Source of the DNA: an uncultured Chloroflexia bacterium
GTDB taxonomy: Bacteria > Chloroflexota > Limnocylindria > Limnocylindrales > CSP1-4
Assembly (NCBI GenBank): GCA_963748625.1
Contig: CAVVJT010000004.1
Coordinates: 704,001 to 768,000 of the forward strand
Length of the DNA stretch: 64,000 bases
Reading direction: 5' to 3'
The first letter of the stretch is position 1. Every line of letters starts with the position of its first letter. The notes beneath the pieces are model-generated. The model searched no databases and was not told where the DNA came from. It saw nothing but the letters and a program-made list of their open reading frames with translations. A program made the translations under genes and the position numbers. Of the stretch, positions 30,416 through 39,654 are shown in pieces.

Positions 30416-30760
30416 TCACTGGATCTCGATGAGCTCAGCCGCGGTCTGCTCCTGCACGGACAGACGGCCCAGCCGGGTGAGGCGGCGCTGGAGCACGCCG
30501 CGCATGAGCGCGCAGGCGGCGATGACGTCGGTATCGGTGAGCCGGTACCTGACCTCGCGTCCGTCGCGCTCTGCGTCGACGATACCCGCGGCCCGGAGGA
30601 CGGAGAGGTGCTGGGAGACGTTGGGCTGGGGCGCGCCGATCTCCTCGGCGAGCCGGCCCACCTCGCACGGACCCAGTGCCAGGCGGTGGATGATGTCCAG
30701 CCGGCGCGGGTTGGCGAGGGTCTTGAGGACCTCGGCCTGCAGGATCGTGATCTCGTCCAT
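30416..30760 (-). CDS. ArsR/SmtB family regulator (possible persulfide sensor)
   Basis: LKTLANPRRLDII, VSQHLSVLR, RDGREVRYRL; two Cys (GPCEV, AACAL). Confidence 0.9.
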   Translation of the reverse strand: MDEITILQAEVLKTLANPRRLDIIHRLALGPCEVGRLAEEIGAPQPNVSQHLSVLRAAGIVDAERDGREVRYRLTDTDVIAACALMRGVLQRRLTRLGRLSVQEQTAAELIEIQ

Positions 30761-30770
30761 GGGCACAAGC

Positions 30771-30794
30771 ATCAGCATATTCGCAGATGCGCAT
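30771..30794. promoter_or_regulatory. ArsR-type operator (imperfect 24-bp palindrome)
   Basis: atcagcatattcgcagatgcgcat, immediately upstream of the ArsR start. Confidence 0.6.
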
Positions 30795-30839
30795 AAGTGA
30801 GGAAGGTCCCGACCGGACGGGACCGGTCACGATCTGGAC

Positions 30840-30892
30840 GGGACCTGCGGCCCGAGCCGATTGGGCCCGGTTGCGGGCCAGCGGTCCCGCAA
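30840..30892. promoter_or_regulatory. Tandem DosR/DevR-like boxes upstream of the oxidoreductase operon
   Basis: gggacctgcggccc (30840-30853) and ttgcgggccagcggtcccgcaa (30871-30892). Confidence 0.55.
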
Positions 30893-31066
30893 CGTTCCTG
30901 GGGACGTAGGGGGCCGACACGAGCGACGGACTCGCCGCACCGCAACCGTGACCCGGCCCCCACGAACGGGGCCTCCCGGCCATGATCTCCGGCCCGCCGG
31001 GACGTGGCTTTGTACCCTGCCCGCAACCATTCGGCAACGCCATCCTCGGCAGTGGAGGTGCCACTT

Positions 31067-31351
31067 ATGGCCATGTCCGCTCCGCTCACCGAAGGCCAAC
31101 TCCGCCACATCGGTAGCGGGCCAGCCGCGTTCCGACCGATCCTCGTCGCCACCGAACGATGCAAGGGCTGTGCCTTGTGCATCGACGTCTGCCAGCCGGG
31201 AGCACTGGCCCTCGATGCGTCCCACGTGAACGCCATGGGCCACCATCCCGTCCTGCTCATCCACCCTGAAGCCTGCACGAGCTGCGCCAAGTGCGCCCGG
31301 ATGTGTCCGGATGCCGCCCTGTCGGTCTTCGCCCGTCCTCGGGAGGCCTGA
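31067..31351 (+). CDS. 2x[4Fe-4S] ferredoxin, delta subunit of 2-oxoacid:ferredoxin oxidoreductase
   Basis: CKGCALCIDVCQ...CTSCAKCARMCPD; GGAGGTG RBS. Confidence 0.92.
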   Translation: MAMSAPLTEGQLRHIGSGPAAFRPILVATERCKGCALCIDVCQPGALALDASHVNAMGHHPVLLIHPEACTSCAKCARMCPDAALSVFARPREA

Positions 31352-31357
31352 GCACCC

Positions 31358-32545
31358 ATGACCGCCATCGCCCCGTCGGGCGTCGATCGCCCCCACCTCA
31401 TCGCCTCGCCGCCCGGGACCGGCGGCGAGGCGTCCCCCACCCCGACCCGTGTCCTGATGAAGGGCAACGAGGCGATCGCCGAGGCTGCGATCGCCGCGGG
31501 GTGCGACGCCTACTTCGGCTACCCGATCACCCCTCAGGCGGAGCTGCTGGAGTGGATGGCCCGGCGCATGCCCGAGGAGGGCCGCGCCTTCGTCCAGGCC
31601 GAGAGCGAGCTGGGGGCGATCAACATGGCCCTCGGCGCGTCCGCCGCCGGCGCCCGGGTCATGGTCTCGTCATCGAGCCCGGGCATCAGCCTCATGGCCG
31701 AGGGGATGAGCTACATGGCGGGCTCACGCCTGCCGGTCGTGCTGGTCAACATCATGCGCGGAGGCCCGGGCCTCGGGTCCATCGGGGCCGCCCAGTCGGA
31801 CTACCTCCAGGCCACCAAGGGGCACGGACACGGGGACTACCACGTGCCGGTCCTCGCCCCGTCGTCCATCGCCGAGGCGATCGAGTTGGTGCGTGACGCG
31901 TTCATCCTCGCAGAGGGCTACCGCACCCCGGTGATGATCCTCGCTGACGGCATCCTGGGCCAGGCAATGGAACCGGTGGAGCCGGACTTCAAGGGTCTCG
32001 GGAAGACCTTCCCGGACTGGGCGCTCTGCGGGGCCGACGGCCGTGAGCCGCGATCCCTGCGGTCGCTGAACCTGCGCGCTGAGGACCTGGAGCGCCACAA
32101 CGACGAGTTGCAGGCCACCTACCGCGAGATCGAGGCCAGCGAGACCCGCTGGGCCGGCGAGCAGCTCGAGGACGCCGAGGTGGTCATCGTGGCCTACGGC
32201 ACCGCGGCCCGCGTGGCCCGGACCGCCGTGGAGCGGGCTCGGGCCGTGGGTCTCCGGGCCGGGCTGTTCCGGCCGATCACGTTGTGGCCCTTCCCGGCGC
32301 AGGCCCTGTGCGAGGCCGCCGCGGGCGCACGCGGTGTGCTGGCGGTCGAGATGTCGGCGGGCCAGATGGTCGAGGACGTGCGGCTCGCGCTCGACGGCGC
32401 CGTGCCGGTCTTCTTCCACGGCCGCACGGGCGGCATGGTGCCCACCCCGGACGATGTCGTGGCGGCCGCCCGGCGTGCCTGGGCGCGCACGGGGACGCCA
32501 CCCCACGGCGCGGACCTCGGGCAGGTCGGGGAGGTTGAGCGATGA
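31358..32545 (+). CDS. vorB: 2-oxoacid:ferredoxin oxidoreductase alpha subunit (ketoisovalerate oxidoreductase type)
   Basis: [47 protein letters not shown]. Confidence 0.9.
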   Translation: MTAIAPSGVDRPHLIASPPGTGGEASPTPTRVLMKGNEAIAEAAIAAGCDAYFGYPITPQAELLEWMARRMPEEGRAFVQAESELGAINMALGASAAGARVMVSSSSPGISLMAEGMSYMAGSRLPVVLVNIMRGGPGLGSIGAAQSDYLQATKGHGHGDYHVPVLAPSSIAEAIELVRDAFILAEGYRTPVMILADGILGQAMEPVEPDFKGLGKTFPDWALCGADGREPRSLRSLNLRAEDLERHNDELQATYREIEASETRWAGEQLEDAEVVIVAYGTAARVARTAVERARAVGLRAGLFRPITLWPFPAQALCEAAAGARGVLAVEMSAGQMVEDVRLALDGAVPVFFHGRTGGMVPTPDDVVAAARRAWARTGTPPHGADLGQVGEVER

Positions 32546-33366
32546 CCGCGCCAGTCGCCAGCGAGACCGAGGGCCGCACGATCTACCGGCGGCCGTCGCT
32601 GCTGTCCAACCCCACCACCTACTGCCCCGGCTGCGGCCATGGCATCGTCCACAGGTTGATCGCGGAGGTGCTCGAGGAGCTCGGCCTCGGCGGCCGGACG
32701 ATCCTCGTCGGCTCGGTCGGCTGCTCCGTCTTCGCCTATGACTTCCTCCGGCTCGACGCCGTCGAATCCCCGCACGGGCGGGCCGCTGCGGTTGCAACGG
32801 GCGTGAAACGCGTCCAGCCCGACAAGATCGTGTTCACCTACCAGGGTGACGGCGACCTCGCCGCCATCGGCACCGCGGAGATCGTCCATGCGGCGGCCCG
32901 CGGCGAGCGGATCACCGTCATCTTCGTGAACAACGGCATCTACGGCATGACCGGCGGCCAGATGGCCCCCACCACCCTGCCGGGCCAGAAGACCACGTCG
33001 AGCCCCAAAGGCCGCGATGTCACAACGGCGGGCTATCCGCTGCCGGTGACCGAGATGCTTTCGCTGCTCATGGGCGTCCAGTACGCCGCACGCACCTCGG
33101 TCTCGGATCCGGTGCACGTCGGGAAGACCAAGGCCGCGATCAAGCGCGCCTTCGAGGTGCAGCAGGAAGGCACCGGGTTCGCGATCGTGGAGGTGCTCTC
33201 CACCTGCCCGGTCGGCTGGGGCATGACCCCGACCGAGGCGATGCACCGCCTCGCGAGCGATGTCATGACGGCCTATGCGACCGGAACGTTCGTGGACCGG
33301 GCCAGGCGCATCGCGCCCGACCTGCCCAAGCCGGGCTCCCCCCGGTCGATCACGGAGGGCTTCTAG
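32542..33366 (+). CDS. 2-oxoacid:ferredoxin oxidoreductase beta (TPP-binding) subunit
   Basis: [31 protein letters not shown]. Confidence 0.92.
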   Translation: MTAPVASETEGRTIYRRPSLLSNPTTYCPGCGHGIVHRLIAEVLEELGLGGRTILVGSVGCSVFAYDFLRLDAVESPHGRAAAVATGVKRVQPDKIVFTYQGDGDLAAIGTAEIVHAAARGERITVIFVNNGIYGMTGGQMAPTTLPGQKTTSSPKGRDVTTAGYPLPVTEMLSLLMGVQYAARTSVSDPVHVGKTKAAIKRAFEVQQEGTGFAIVEVLSTCPVGWGMTPTEAMHRLASDVMTAYATGTFVDRARRIAPDLPKPGSPRSITEGF

Positions 33367-33918
33367 ATGGAGTTCTCGACGATCATCGCCGGGTTCGGCG
33401 GCCAGGGGATCCTGTTCGCAGGCAAGGTCCTGGCGGAGGCCGCGCTCCTCGAAGGGCGGGAGGTCCTGTGGATCCCGTCCTACGGGCCTGAGATGCGAGG
33501 CGGGACCGCGTCCTGCACCGTGATCGTGGCCGACCGCCCGATCGGCTCACCGGTCGTGGATCGCGCCGACCATGCGGTGGTCCTCAACCCGCCGTCGATG
33601 GCGAAGTACACGTCGCTCGTCGCGAGAGACGGCTTGCTCGTCGTCAACACCACGCTGATCGAGGCGGAGGCCGGACGGGACGACATCGAGGTTCTCGAAG
33701 TCCCCTGCACGGCGCTTGCGAAGCAGGCCGGCGACGACAAGCTGGTGTCGGTCGTTGCGCTGGGGGCGATGCTCGGTCGACGCCGGTTCGTGGAGCCCGA
33801 GTCGGTCCATGCGGCGCTGGTGCGCCTGCTGGGCACCAAGCGGCCGGAGCTGATCGCCCTGGACGCGGCCGCGTTCGACGCGGGCTACGAGGCGGGGCTC
33901 GAGGTGGTCATCGCCTGA
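33367..33918 (+). CDS. 2-oxoacid:ferredoxin oxidoreductase gamma subunit
   Basis: AGFGGQG, PSYGPEMRGGTA. Confidence 0.92.
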   Translation: MEFSTIIAGFGGQGILFAGKVLAEAALLEGREVLWIPSYGPEMRGGTASCTVIVADRPIGSPVVDRADHAVVLNPPSMAKYTSLVARDGLLVVNTTLIEAEAGRDDIEVLEVPCTALAKQAGDDKLVSVVALGAMLGRRRFVEPESVHAALVRLLGTKRPELIALDAAAFDAGYEAGLEVVIA

Positions 33919-33977
33919 TCGCGGTCCCGGTGCGCAGCGCGACCGCGTGCTCGGGCCAGGCGGGTGCTGGGACGGTC

Positions 33978-34484
33978 TCAGTCGCCCTCGGCGACACCGT
34001 CAACCGGCGCCGGCACGGGTTCGGCTGCCACCGCAGGCCGCGCAACCGGTTCGTCATCGGGTTCGGCCGCGGCTGCCATCGCCCGGATCAGATCTGCGGC
34101 GGCCAGGATTCCGATCGGGCGGGCCGGGTCATCGTCGGCAACCACCACCAGGCGGCTCACGTGATGGCGCTCCATGCGCCGGGCCGCCTGCGTCAGTGGC
34201 TCGCCACGCGTGATCGTGAGGGCCGGACTCGTCATCAGGTTCCGGATGCGGAGGTGGTCGCGGTTCGCCCAGAGGCTCTCGGTCGCACGCGCCCGCAGCA
34301 GGTCGGACTCGCTGACCACCCCGACCAGCAGCCCGGCAGCGTCGACCACCGGCAGGCCCGAGATGTCATGGCGGTCCATCAGCGTCGCCGCGTCCGCGAG
34401 CCCGGCATCAGCGTGGACGACGATCGGCTGGCCAGCCATCAGGTCGCCCACCAGGCGCGGGACATTGAGCGGAACGACGTTCAC
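33978..34484 (-). CDS. CBS-domain protein
   Basis: Two CBS repeats (ISGLPVVD..GVVSESDLL; VSRLVVV). Confidence 0.88.
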   Translation of the reverse strand: MNVVPLNVPRLVGDLMAGQPIVVHADAGLADAATLMDRHDISGLPVVDAAGLLVGVVSESDLLRARATESLWANRDHLRIRNLMTSPALTITRGEPLTQAARRMERHHVSRLVVVADDDPARPIGILAAADLIRAMAAAAEPDDEPVARPAVAAEPVPAPVDGVAEGD

Positions 34485-34566
34485 GCGAGAACCTCCGGGA
34501 CTGCTGCCCGCACAACGGGCGTGCGGTCACCGTGACCGCCACGCCGGTGCAGGGATCGTACGCGCC

Positions 34567-35085
34567 CTAGCCGGCAGCCGCAGGCCCGTGCGAGACGTGG
34601 GTCACGCGCTCCAGTTCGAGGGTGATGGCCTCCTGGAATGCGTGCATGTTGAGCCGGACCGATCGCGAGAGCGGGCGCCCGTACCCGAACCGGCGTCCGC
34701 CGATCCCCACGAAGGTGCCGTCGGGCAGGCCGCCCGCCCGGCGCGCCTTTGCATCCTCCAGGACGGCGTCGATGGGCAGCTCATGCGAAGAGCGTGGTGT
34801 CGGGGTGGTCGTATCGCCGGTCACGTCACACAGCTTCATGGTCACGACGTGTCCGGGAGCGATGCCCATGGCCGCGTCCACGAGGATGCAGATCTCGCCC
34901 GAGGGCACATCGAGGAGGTCCTCCGCCCGGAGGTGCCCGCACCGCCGGACCTCGAGCCGCTCCAGCATGGCCGCGGGCAGGGACGGCAGGAGCGTCGCCA
35001 CCGCGCTGAGCGCGGCGCCGTCATCACCCCTGTCCGCGTTGCCACAGACCAGGAGTCGCACCGAGGGCGGTGCCAGCTGGTTCAT
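34567..35085 (-). CDS. Hydrogenase maturation protease (HycI/HybD family)
   Basis: LLVCGNADRGDDG, ILVDAA, SSHEL, FGYGRPLS; GGAGG RBS. Confidence 0.82.
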   Translation of the reverse strand: MNQLAPPSVRLLVCGNADRGDDGAALSAVATLLPSLPAAMLERLEVRRCGHLRAEDLLDVPSGEICILVDAAMGIAPGHVVTMKLCDVTGDTTTPTPRSSHELPIDAVLEDAKARRAGGLPDGTFVGIGGRRFGYGRPLSRSVRLNMHAFQEAITLELERVTHVSHGPAAAG

Positions 35086-35510
35086 ACGTTCGCCTCCACA
35101 ACGGATGTCGGGACGCACGACACCAGCGGATCCCCCGAGGGGGGCTGCATACCCATGCTCGCCCGTGGCCGACGGGCCAGCGAGTGCCGTCCGTCGCCGG
35201 GGCGGCGTGCCGGTCGGCCGGGGGTGCCTGCCGGTCGGCCCGCGTGGCAGGGGCCGGCAGCCCCTCAGCGTGAGCCCAACAGTCCGTCAACGGGGTCCCG
35301 GAGTGCCGCAGCGGGGCCGGGCAGCATCTCAACGGGGGCCAGGAAGCCCCCGCCGATGACCAGGGCCCTGCCGGAGGCGCTCGAGGCGCGCGCGGAGGTC
35401 CGCCTCGCCAACCGGTCCCTCGGGACGCTCCGCACGGATGACGCCTGGTCGCTGGCCGATCGTCCGAAAGGGGTGGGCGATACGCCCGCCCATGGACGCC
35501 GGGACCGACA

Positions 35511-35924
35511 TCACGGTCCGCAGGGCTCGCCTCCGGCCGGGTTCGGGGCGGGGAACGACGGTGCCTGGTCCGATGCCCAGATCGCGAGGCGGCCACAGAC
35601 CATGTCGACCAGGCCGAGGGCGCCGGTGCACGAGGTCGCATCACCCTGGGTGGCGCAGGTCGGCGCAGCATCGAGCTGCATCGAGACGAGCACCCGGCCC
35701 GCCGGGGAGACCGCCTCCACCCGCCATGGGAACGCGACGCCACGCAGGGGGACCGCGCCGCTCTCTCCGGCTGGCGCCATGCCTGCGGGCGTGCCGTTCA
35801 CGCGGATGACCACGTCAAGTGTCGAGCCGTTCTCGTAGACGATGTCCGCGCCCTCCTGCACGCCGGGCAGGATCGTGCAGGCAGCCACGAGGGCCGCCGC
35901 GACGACCAGCGCCAGGACACGCAT
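35511..35924 (-). CDS. Hypothetical lipoprotein
   Basis: MRVLALVVAAALVAAC lipobox; several further Cys residues. Confidence 0.7.
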   Translation of the reverse strand: MRVLALVVAAALVAACTILPGVQEGADIVYENGSTLDVVIRVNGTPAGMAPAGESGAVPLRGVAFPWRVEAVSPAGRVLVSMQLDAAPTCATQGDATSCTGALGLVDMVCGRLAIWASDQAPSFPAPNPAGGEPCGP

Positions 35925-36013
35925 CGCCCGACCTCCACCCCAAGTCGAACCCGGGAATCCGAGGACCGGCCGCAGCATGCGCCGGGCCGGCCCTCGACAG
36001 CAAGCGGTGAAGG

Positions 36014-37351
36014 TCAGTGAGGGCCGGCCTTCGCCTCCTGCGCGCGCTTGATGATCGGGGCGAGCGCCTCCGCCAGGTTGCCCGAGACCGGATCGAGCTC
36101 GTACCGGACGCGCACGATCGGCTTCGACACCTTGAGCACGCGCGTCAGGTCGATGGGCGTGGCAGCCAGGATCACATCGGCCGGGACGGCGTCGAGAGCC
36201 GCTTCCAGCTCGTGGACCTGCTTCTCGCCATAGCCCATGGCCGGAAGCAGGGCTTGGAGCTTCGGGTACTTCGCCAGCGTCGCCGCGAGCTCGCCCGATG
36301 CATAGGTCCGCGGATCCACGACCTCGGCGCCGAAGCGCTGCGCGGCCACGATGCCCGCCCCGTACGTCATGCCCCCATGGGTGAGCGTCGGGCCGTCCTC
36401 CACCACGACGACGCGCTTGCCGGCGATATCGCCGCCCTCGAGCACCAGGGACGAGCGGGCCTCGACGATCATGGCGCCCGGGTTGACCTCGGCGATGGAT
36501 GCGCGGACCTCGGCCAGCGCCTCCGCCGTGGCCGAGTCCACCTTGTTGATGCAGACGACGTCCGCCGAGCGCAGGTTCGCCTCACCCGGGTGATACCGGA
36601 GCTCGTGGCCGGGCCGCAACGGATCGACCACCACGATGGCAAGGTCGGGCGTGTAGAACGGCAGGTCGTTGTTGCCGCCGTCCCAGATCACCACGTCGGC
36701 CTCGGCCTCGGCGGCGCGCAGGATGTCCTCGTAGTCAACGCCCGCGAAGACCAGGCGGCCCGCGTCGAGGTGCGGCTCGTACTCCTCGCGCTCCTCGATC
36801 GTGGTCTGGTGACGGTCCAGGTCGGCGTACGTCTCGTAACGCTGGCAGCGCTGCGCAACGAGATCGCCATACGGCATCGGGTGGCGGACGACCGCGACCG
36901 TCAGGCCCGCGGCCTCGAGGGCGGAGGCGACGTACCGGCTTGTCTGGCTCTTGCCGCAGCCGGTGCGCACGGCGCACACGGACACCACCGGGCGGGTGCT
37001 CGCGAGCATCGTGGCTGCCGGACCGAGGAGCTTGAAGTCAGCGCCTGCCGCCATGGCGCGGCTGGCTGCGTGCATGACCTGCTCGTGGCTCACGTCGCTG
37101 TACGCGAAGACGACGGTGTCCACGGCCAGGTCGCGGACCAGCTGCTCCAGCTCCGACTCCGGCCGGATGGGGATCCCCTCGGGGTAGCGCTCGCCCGCGA
37201 GCTCGGGCGGATAGCGCCGGTCGGCGATGCCGGGGATCTGCGTCGCCGTGAAGGCGACGACCTCGACGGTGGGGTCCGCGCGATACACCACGTTGAAGTC
37301 GTGGAAATCGCGGCCGGCGGCACCCATGATCAGCACGCGTTCGGTGCCCAT
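36014..37351 (-). CDS. P-loop ATPase of the cyclic 2,3-diphosphoglycerate synthetase-like family (arginine synthetase ArcE-like)
   Basis: GAAGRDFH, AFTATQIP, RTGCGKSQT, RHPMPYG, TIEEREEYEPH, WDGGNND, EDGPTLTHGGM, PAMGY. Confidence 0.8.
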   Translation of the reverse strand: MGTERVLIMGAAGRDFHDFNVVYRADPTVEVVAFTATQIPGIADRRYPPELAGERYPEGIPIRPESELEQLVRDLAVDTVVFAYSDVSHEQVMHAASRAMAAGADFKLLGPAATMLASTRPVVSVCAVRTGCGKSQTSRYVASALEAAGLTVAVVRHPMPYGDLVAQRCQRYETYADLDRHQTTIEEREEYEPHLDAGRLVFAGVDYEDILRAAEAEADVVIWDGGNNDLPFYTPDLAIVVVDPLRPGHELRYHPGEANLRSADVVCINKVDSATAEALAEVRASIAEVNPGAMIVEARSSLVLEGGDIAGKRVVVVEDGPTLTHGGMTYGAGIVAAQRFGAEVVDPRTYASGELAATLAKYPKLQALLPAMGYGEKQVHELEAALDAVPADVILAATPIDLTRVLKVSKPIVRVRYELDPVSGNLAEALAPIIKRAQEAKAGPH

Positions 37352-37648
37352 GATCTGCCTTTCCGGAGGCGCAGCACGTCACCCGCGCCGGTCCGCTAGG
37401 GACCAGCAGGCGGGCGCGGCAGGGACAGCCTCCGCATCGTGAGGAGCATGTCGGATGGCCTCCGGCCCGGTCGTCGGCCGGGATGCCCCAGCCATGGTGC
37501 CGCTGGTCCCATGAACCCGGTCCGATCGGCACTCACCGCTGGGACATCGCGTCGGTGACGATTCACGGTGAGGTGGGTGCCGGAGGGGACGCCCGGCATC
37601 CACCCGAACCTTCGCCCTCGCTTCGGCGGGGGCGTTCGTGTGTCCGGG

Positions 37649-38935
37649 CTACAGCTCGTGATGCTGGCGCGCCTGTTCCGTGAGCCAGTCACGATGGTTC
37701 GGGTGGGCGACCGCGATGAGCGCCTTCGCGCGCTCCCGCAGGCTCTTGCCCCAGAGCTCCGCGACGCCGTACTCCGTCACCACCGTGCGGACGTGGGCGC
37801 GGGTGGTCACGACCCCCGCCCCCTCCCTGGGCGCCGGGGTGATGCGCGAGATCTCATCGTCCCTTCCGGCGGCTGACGGCAGGGCGATGATGGCGCGGCC
37901 TTCGGGCGCCAGGGCCGCCCCGCGGATGAAGTCCATCTGGCCGCCCACGCCGGAGTACATCCGGTAGCCGATCGAGTCCGCCACGACCTGGCCCGTGAGA
38001 TCTACCTCGATCGCGGAGTTGATGGCCGTCATGGCGCGGAATGATCGGATGACGTGGGTGTCATTGGTGAAGTCGACGGCTCGCATCTCGACCATCGGGT
38101 TGTCGTCCACGAAGTCGTACAGGCGCCGGGTGCCCATCATGAAGGCGGCCACGAGCTTGCCCCGGTTGCGCGCCTTGGCCATGCCCGTGATGACGCCGGA
38201 CTCGACCAGGTCCACCACGGCGTCGGTGAACATCTCCGTGTGCACGCCCAGGTCCTTCTTGCCACCGAGGAACTCGGCTGTGGCGGCCGGGATCGCCCCG
38301 ATCCCCAGCTGGAGCGTGGCGCCATCGGGGACGAGGTCCGCGATGAACGACCCGATCTGGCGCTCGATCGGCCCGATCTCCGGACGCGCGTGCTCGAAGA
38401 TCGGCTGGTCCACCTCGCAGGCGAGGTCGATCTCGTCAACATGGATGAAGGACTCGCCGAGCGTCCGCGGCATCTGCGGGTTGAACTGGACGATCACGGT
38501 CTTCGCCGCCGTGATCGCGGCCCGCATCGCCTCCACTGACACGCCAAGCGAGCAGTAGCCGTGGGCGTCGGGCGGGGTGGCATGCGCAAACACCGCGTCG
38601 AGCGGCAGGGCGCCCTGCAGGAACAACTCCGGTACGTCGGAGAGGAAGACGGGCACGAAGTCGGCGCGGCCCTCGTTGACGGCCTTGCGCGCGTTGGGGC
38701 CGATGAACAGCGCCCGGTGGCGGAAGTGGCCAGCCATCTCCGGGGCGAGGTGCGGGCCGGGACCCTCGGTGTGGAGGTGGATGACGCCGACGTCGGTCAA
38801 CTCCGACGCCCGGGCGACGAGCGCCTCGAGCAGGACCTCGGGGACGCCCGACGCGCACTGGACGTAGACCTGGTCCCGGGACTTGATCCCCGCGACCGCT
38901 TCTTCCGGGCTCACGATACGCATGGGACGATTCAC
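37649..38935 (-). CDS. Acetyl-CoA hydrolase/transferase (4-hydroxybutyrate CoA-transferase-like)
   Basis: LQLGIGAIP, GVHTEMF, YSGVGGQMDF, VVTEYG, IAVAHP. Confidence 0.92.
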   Translation of the reverse strand: MNRPMRIVSPEEAVAGIKSRDQVYVQCASGVPEVLLEALVARASELTDVGVIHLHTEGPGPHLAPEMAGHFRHRALFIGPNARKAVNEGRADFVPVFLSDVPELFLQGALPLDAVFAHATPPDAHGYCSLGVSVEAMRAAITAAKTVIVQFNPQMPRTLGESFIHVDEIDLACEVDQPIFEHARPEIGPIERQIGSFIADLVPDGATLQLGIGAIPAATAEFLGGKKDLGVHTEMFTDAVVDLVESGVITGMAKARNRGKLVAAFMMGTRRLYDFVDDNPMVEMRAVDFTNDTHVIRSFRAMTAINSAIEVDLTGQVVADSIGYRMYSGVGGQMDFIRGAALAPEGRAIIALPSAAGRDDEISRITPAPREGAGVVTTRAHVRTVVTEYGVAELWGKSLRERAKALIAVAHPNHRDWLTEQARQHHEL

Positions 38936-39025
38936 GCATGCGTCAACGCCGAATGGGGGCGCCGGATGGCATGCGCGGCGGGACCGGTGCGCCCGTAGGT
39001 TTCGGGACGGTTGCGGCCCGAGCGC

Positions 39026-39067
39026 TCAGTCCCCAGCCCTGTCCAACGCGAACGACGGGTCCGGTCC
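39026..39067 (-). repeat. Diverged copy of the last 14 codons of the nitroreductase gene
   Basis: Encodes GPDPSFALDRAGD*, versus GSGPSFALDRAAD* at 39280-39321. Confidence 0.75.
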
Positions 39068-39197
39068 TGCATGTCGGCCCATGTGGGGGGCGAATTGGGA
39101 TGGCGCACGCACGCGCTGCGCGGCAAACCCCGACATTCGGACGCACACCCCGCACGGCAGGCGTCCAAACGGCTCCCACGTGGGGCGGGGTCAGAGA

Positions 39198-39271
39198 CGG
39201 CGCGTCGGGGGCCACGCGTTTGGGAACGAGCGGGCGGCGCGTCGGGGGCCACGCGTTTGGGGCCGAGCGGG
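39198..39271. repeat. 37-bp tandem duplication
   Basis: cggcgcgtcgggggccacgcgtttggg(aa/gc)cgagcggg x2. Confidence 0.9.
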
Positions 39272-39279
39272 CGGGCCGG

Positions 39280-39618
39280 TCAGTCTGCGGCCCTGTCCAG
39301 GGCGAACGACGGGCCCGACCCGAGTCCCTCGGCAGGGGTCCCGTACTTGACGATCAGCTCCCGGACCGCCGCTGCGTGGTCTGGCCCGGAGACCGGCCGC
39401 GCCATGGCGGCGAACGAGAGGTCCGCGATCGTCACGCGGCAGGCCGGGTCGGCAAGGAGGTTGCGGGCCCAGTGGGCGGTTGACGATCCCGCTGAGATCA
39501 GCAGGGACCCGTCCGCGCGCTCGACGAACCCGACGCTCGCAACGGCAGGCTGACCCGTCACCCGGCCGCGGGTCTCCAGGCGCAGCACGCGACCGCGTGC
39601 GACAAGATCCTCCTCCAC
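39280..39618 (-). CDS. Deazaflavin (F420)-dependent nitroreductase family protein
   Basis: LETRGRVTG, WARNLLADP split-barrel motifs. Confidence 0.75.
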   Translation of the reverse strand: MEEDLVARGRVLRLETRGRVTGQPAVASVGFVERADGSLLISAGSSTAHWARNLLADPACRVTIADLSFAAMARPVSGPDHAAAVRELIVKYGTPAEGLGSGPSFALDRAAD

Positions 39619-39654
39619 GTCGTCAGCGCCCGGAGCCGGTAGCGCGAGGGTGGC

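Noticed and set aside
27691-30760. Selenocysteine recoding in DsrE/TusA/SQR
   Set aside because: All catalytic positions are ordinary Cys codons and the ORFs are full length with no in-frame TGA.
35270-35500. Lysine or cobalamin riboswitch
   Set aside because: Only isolated short matches (gaaagggg, ggactgt); the conserved elements are not in the required order or on one strand.
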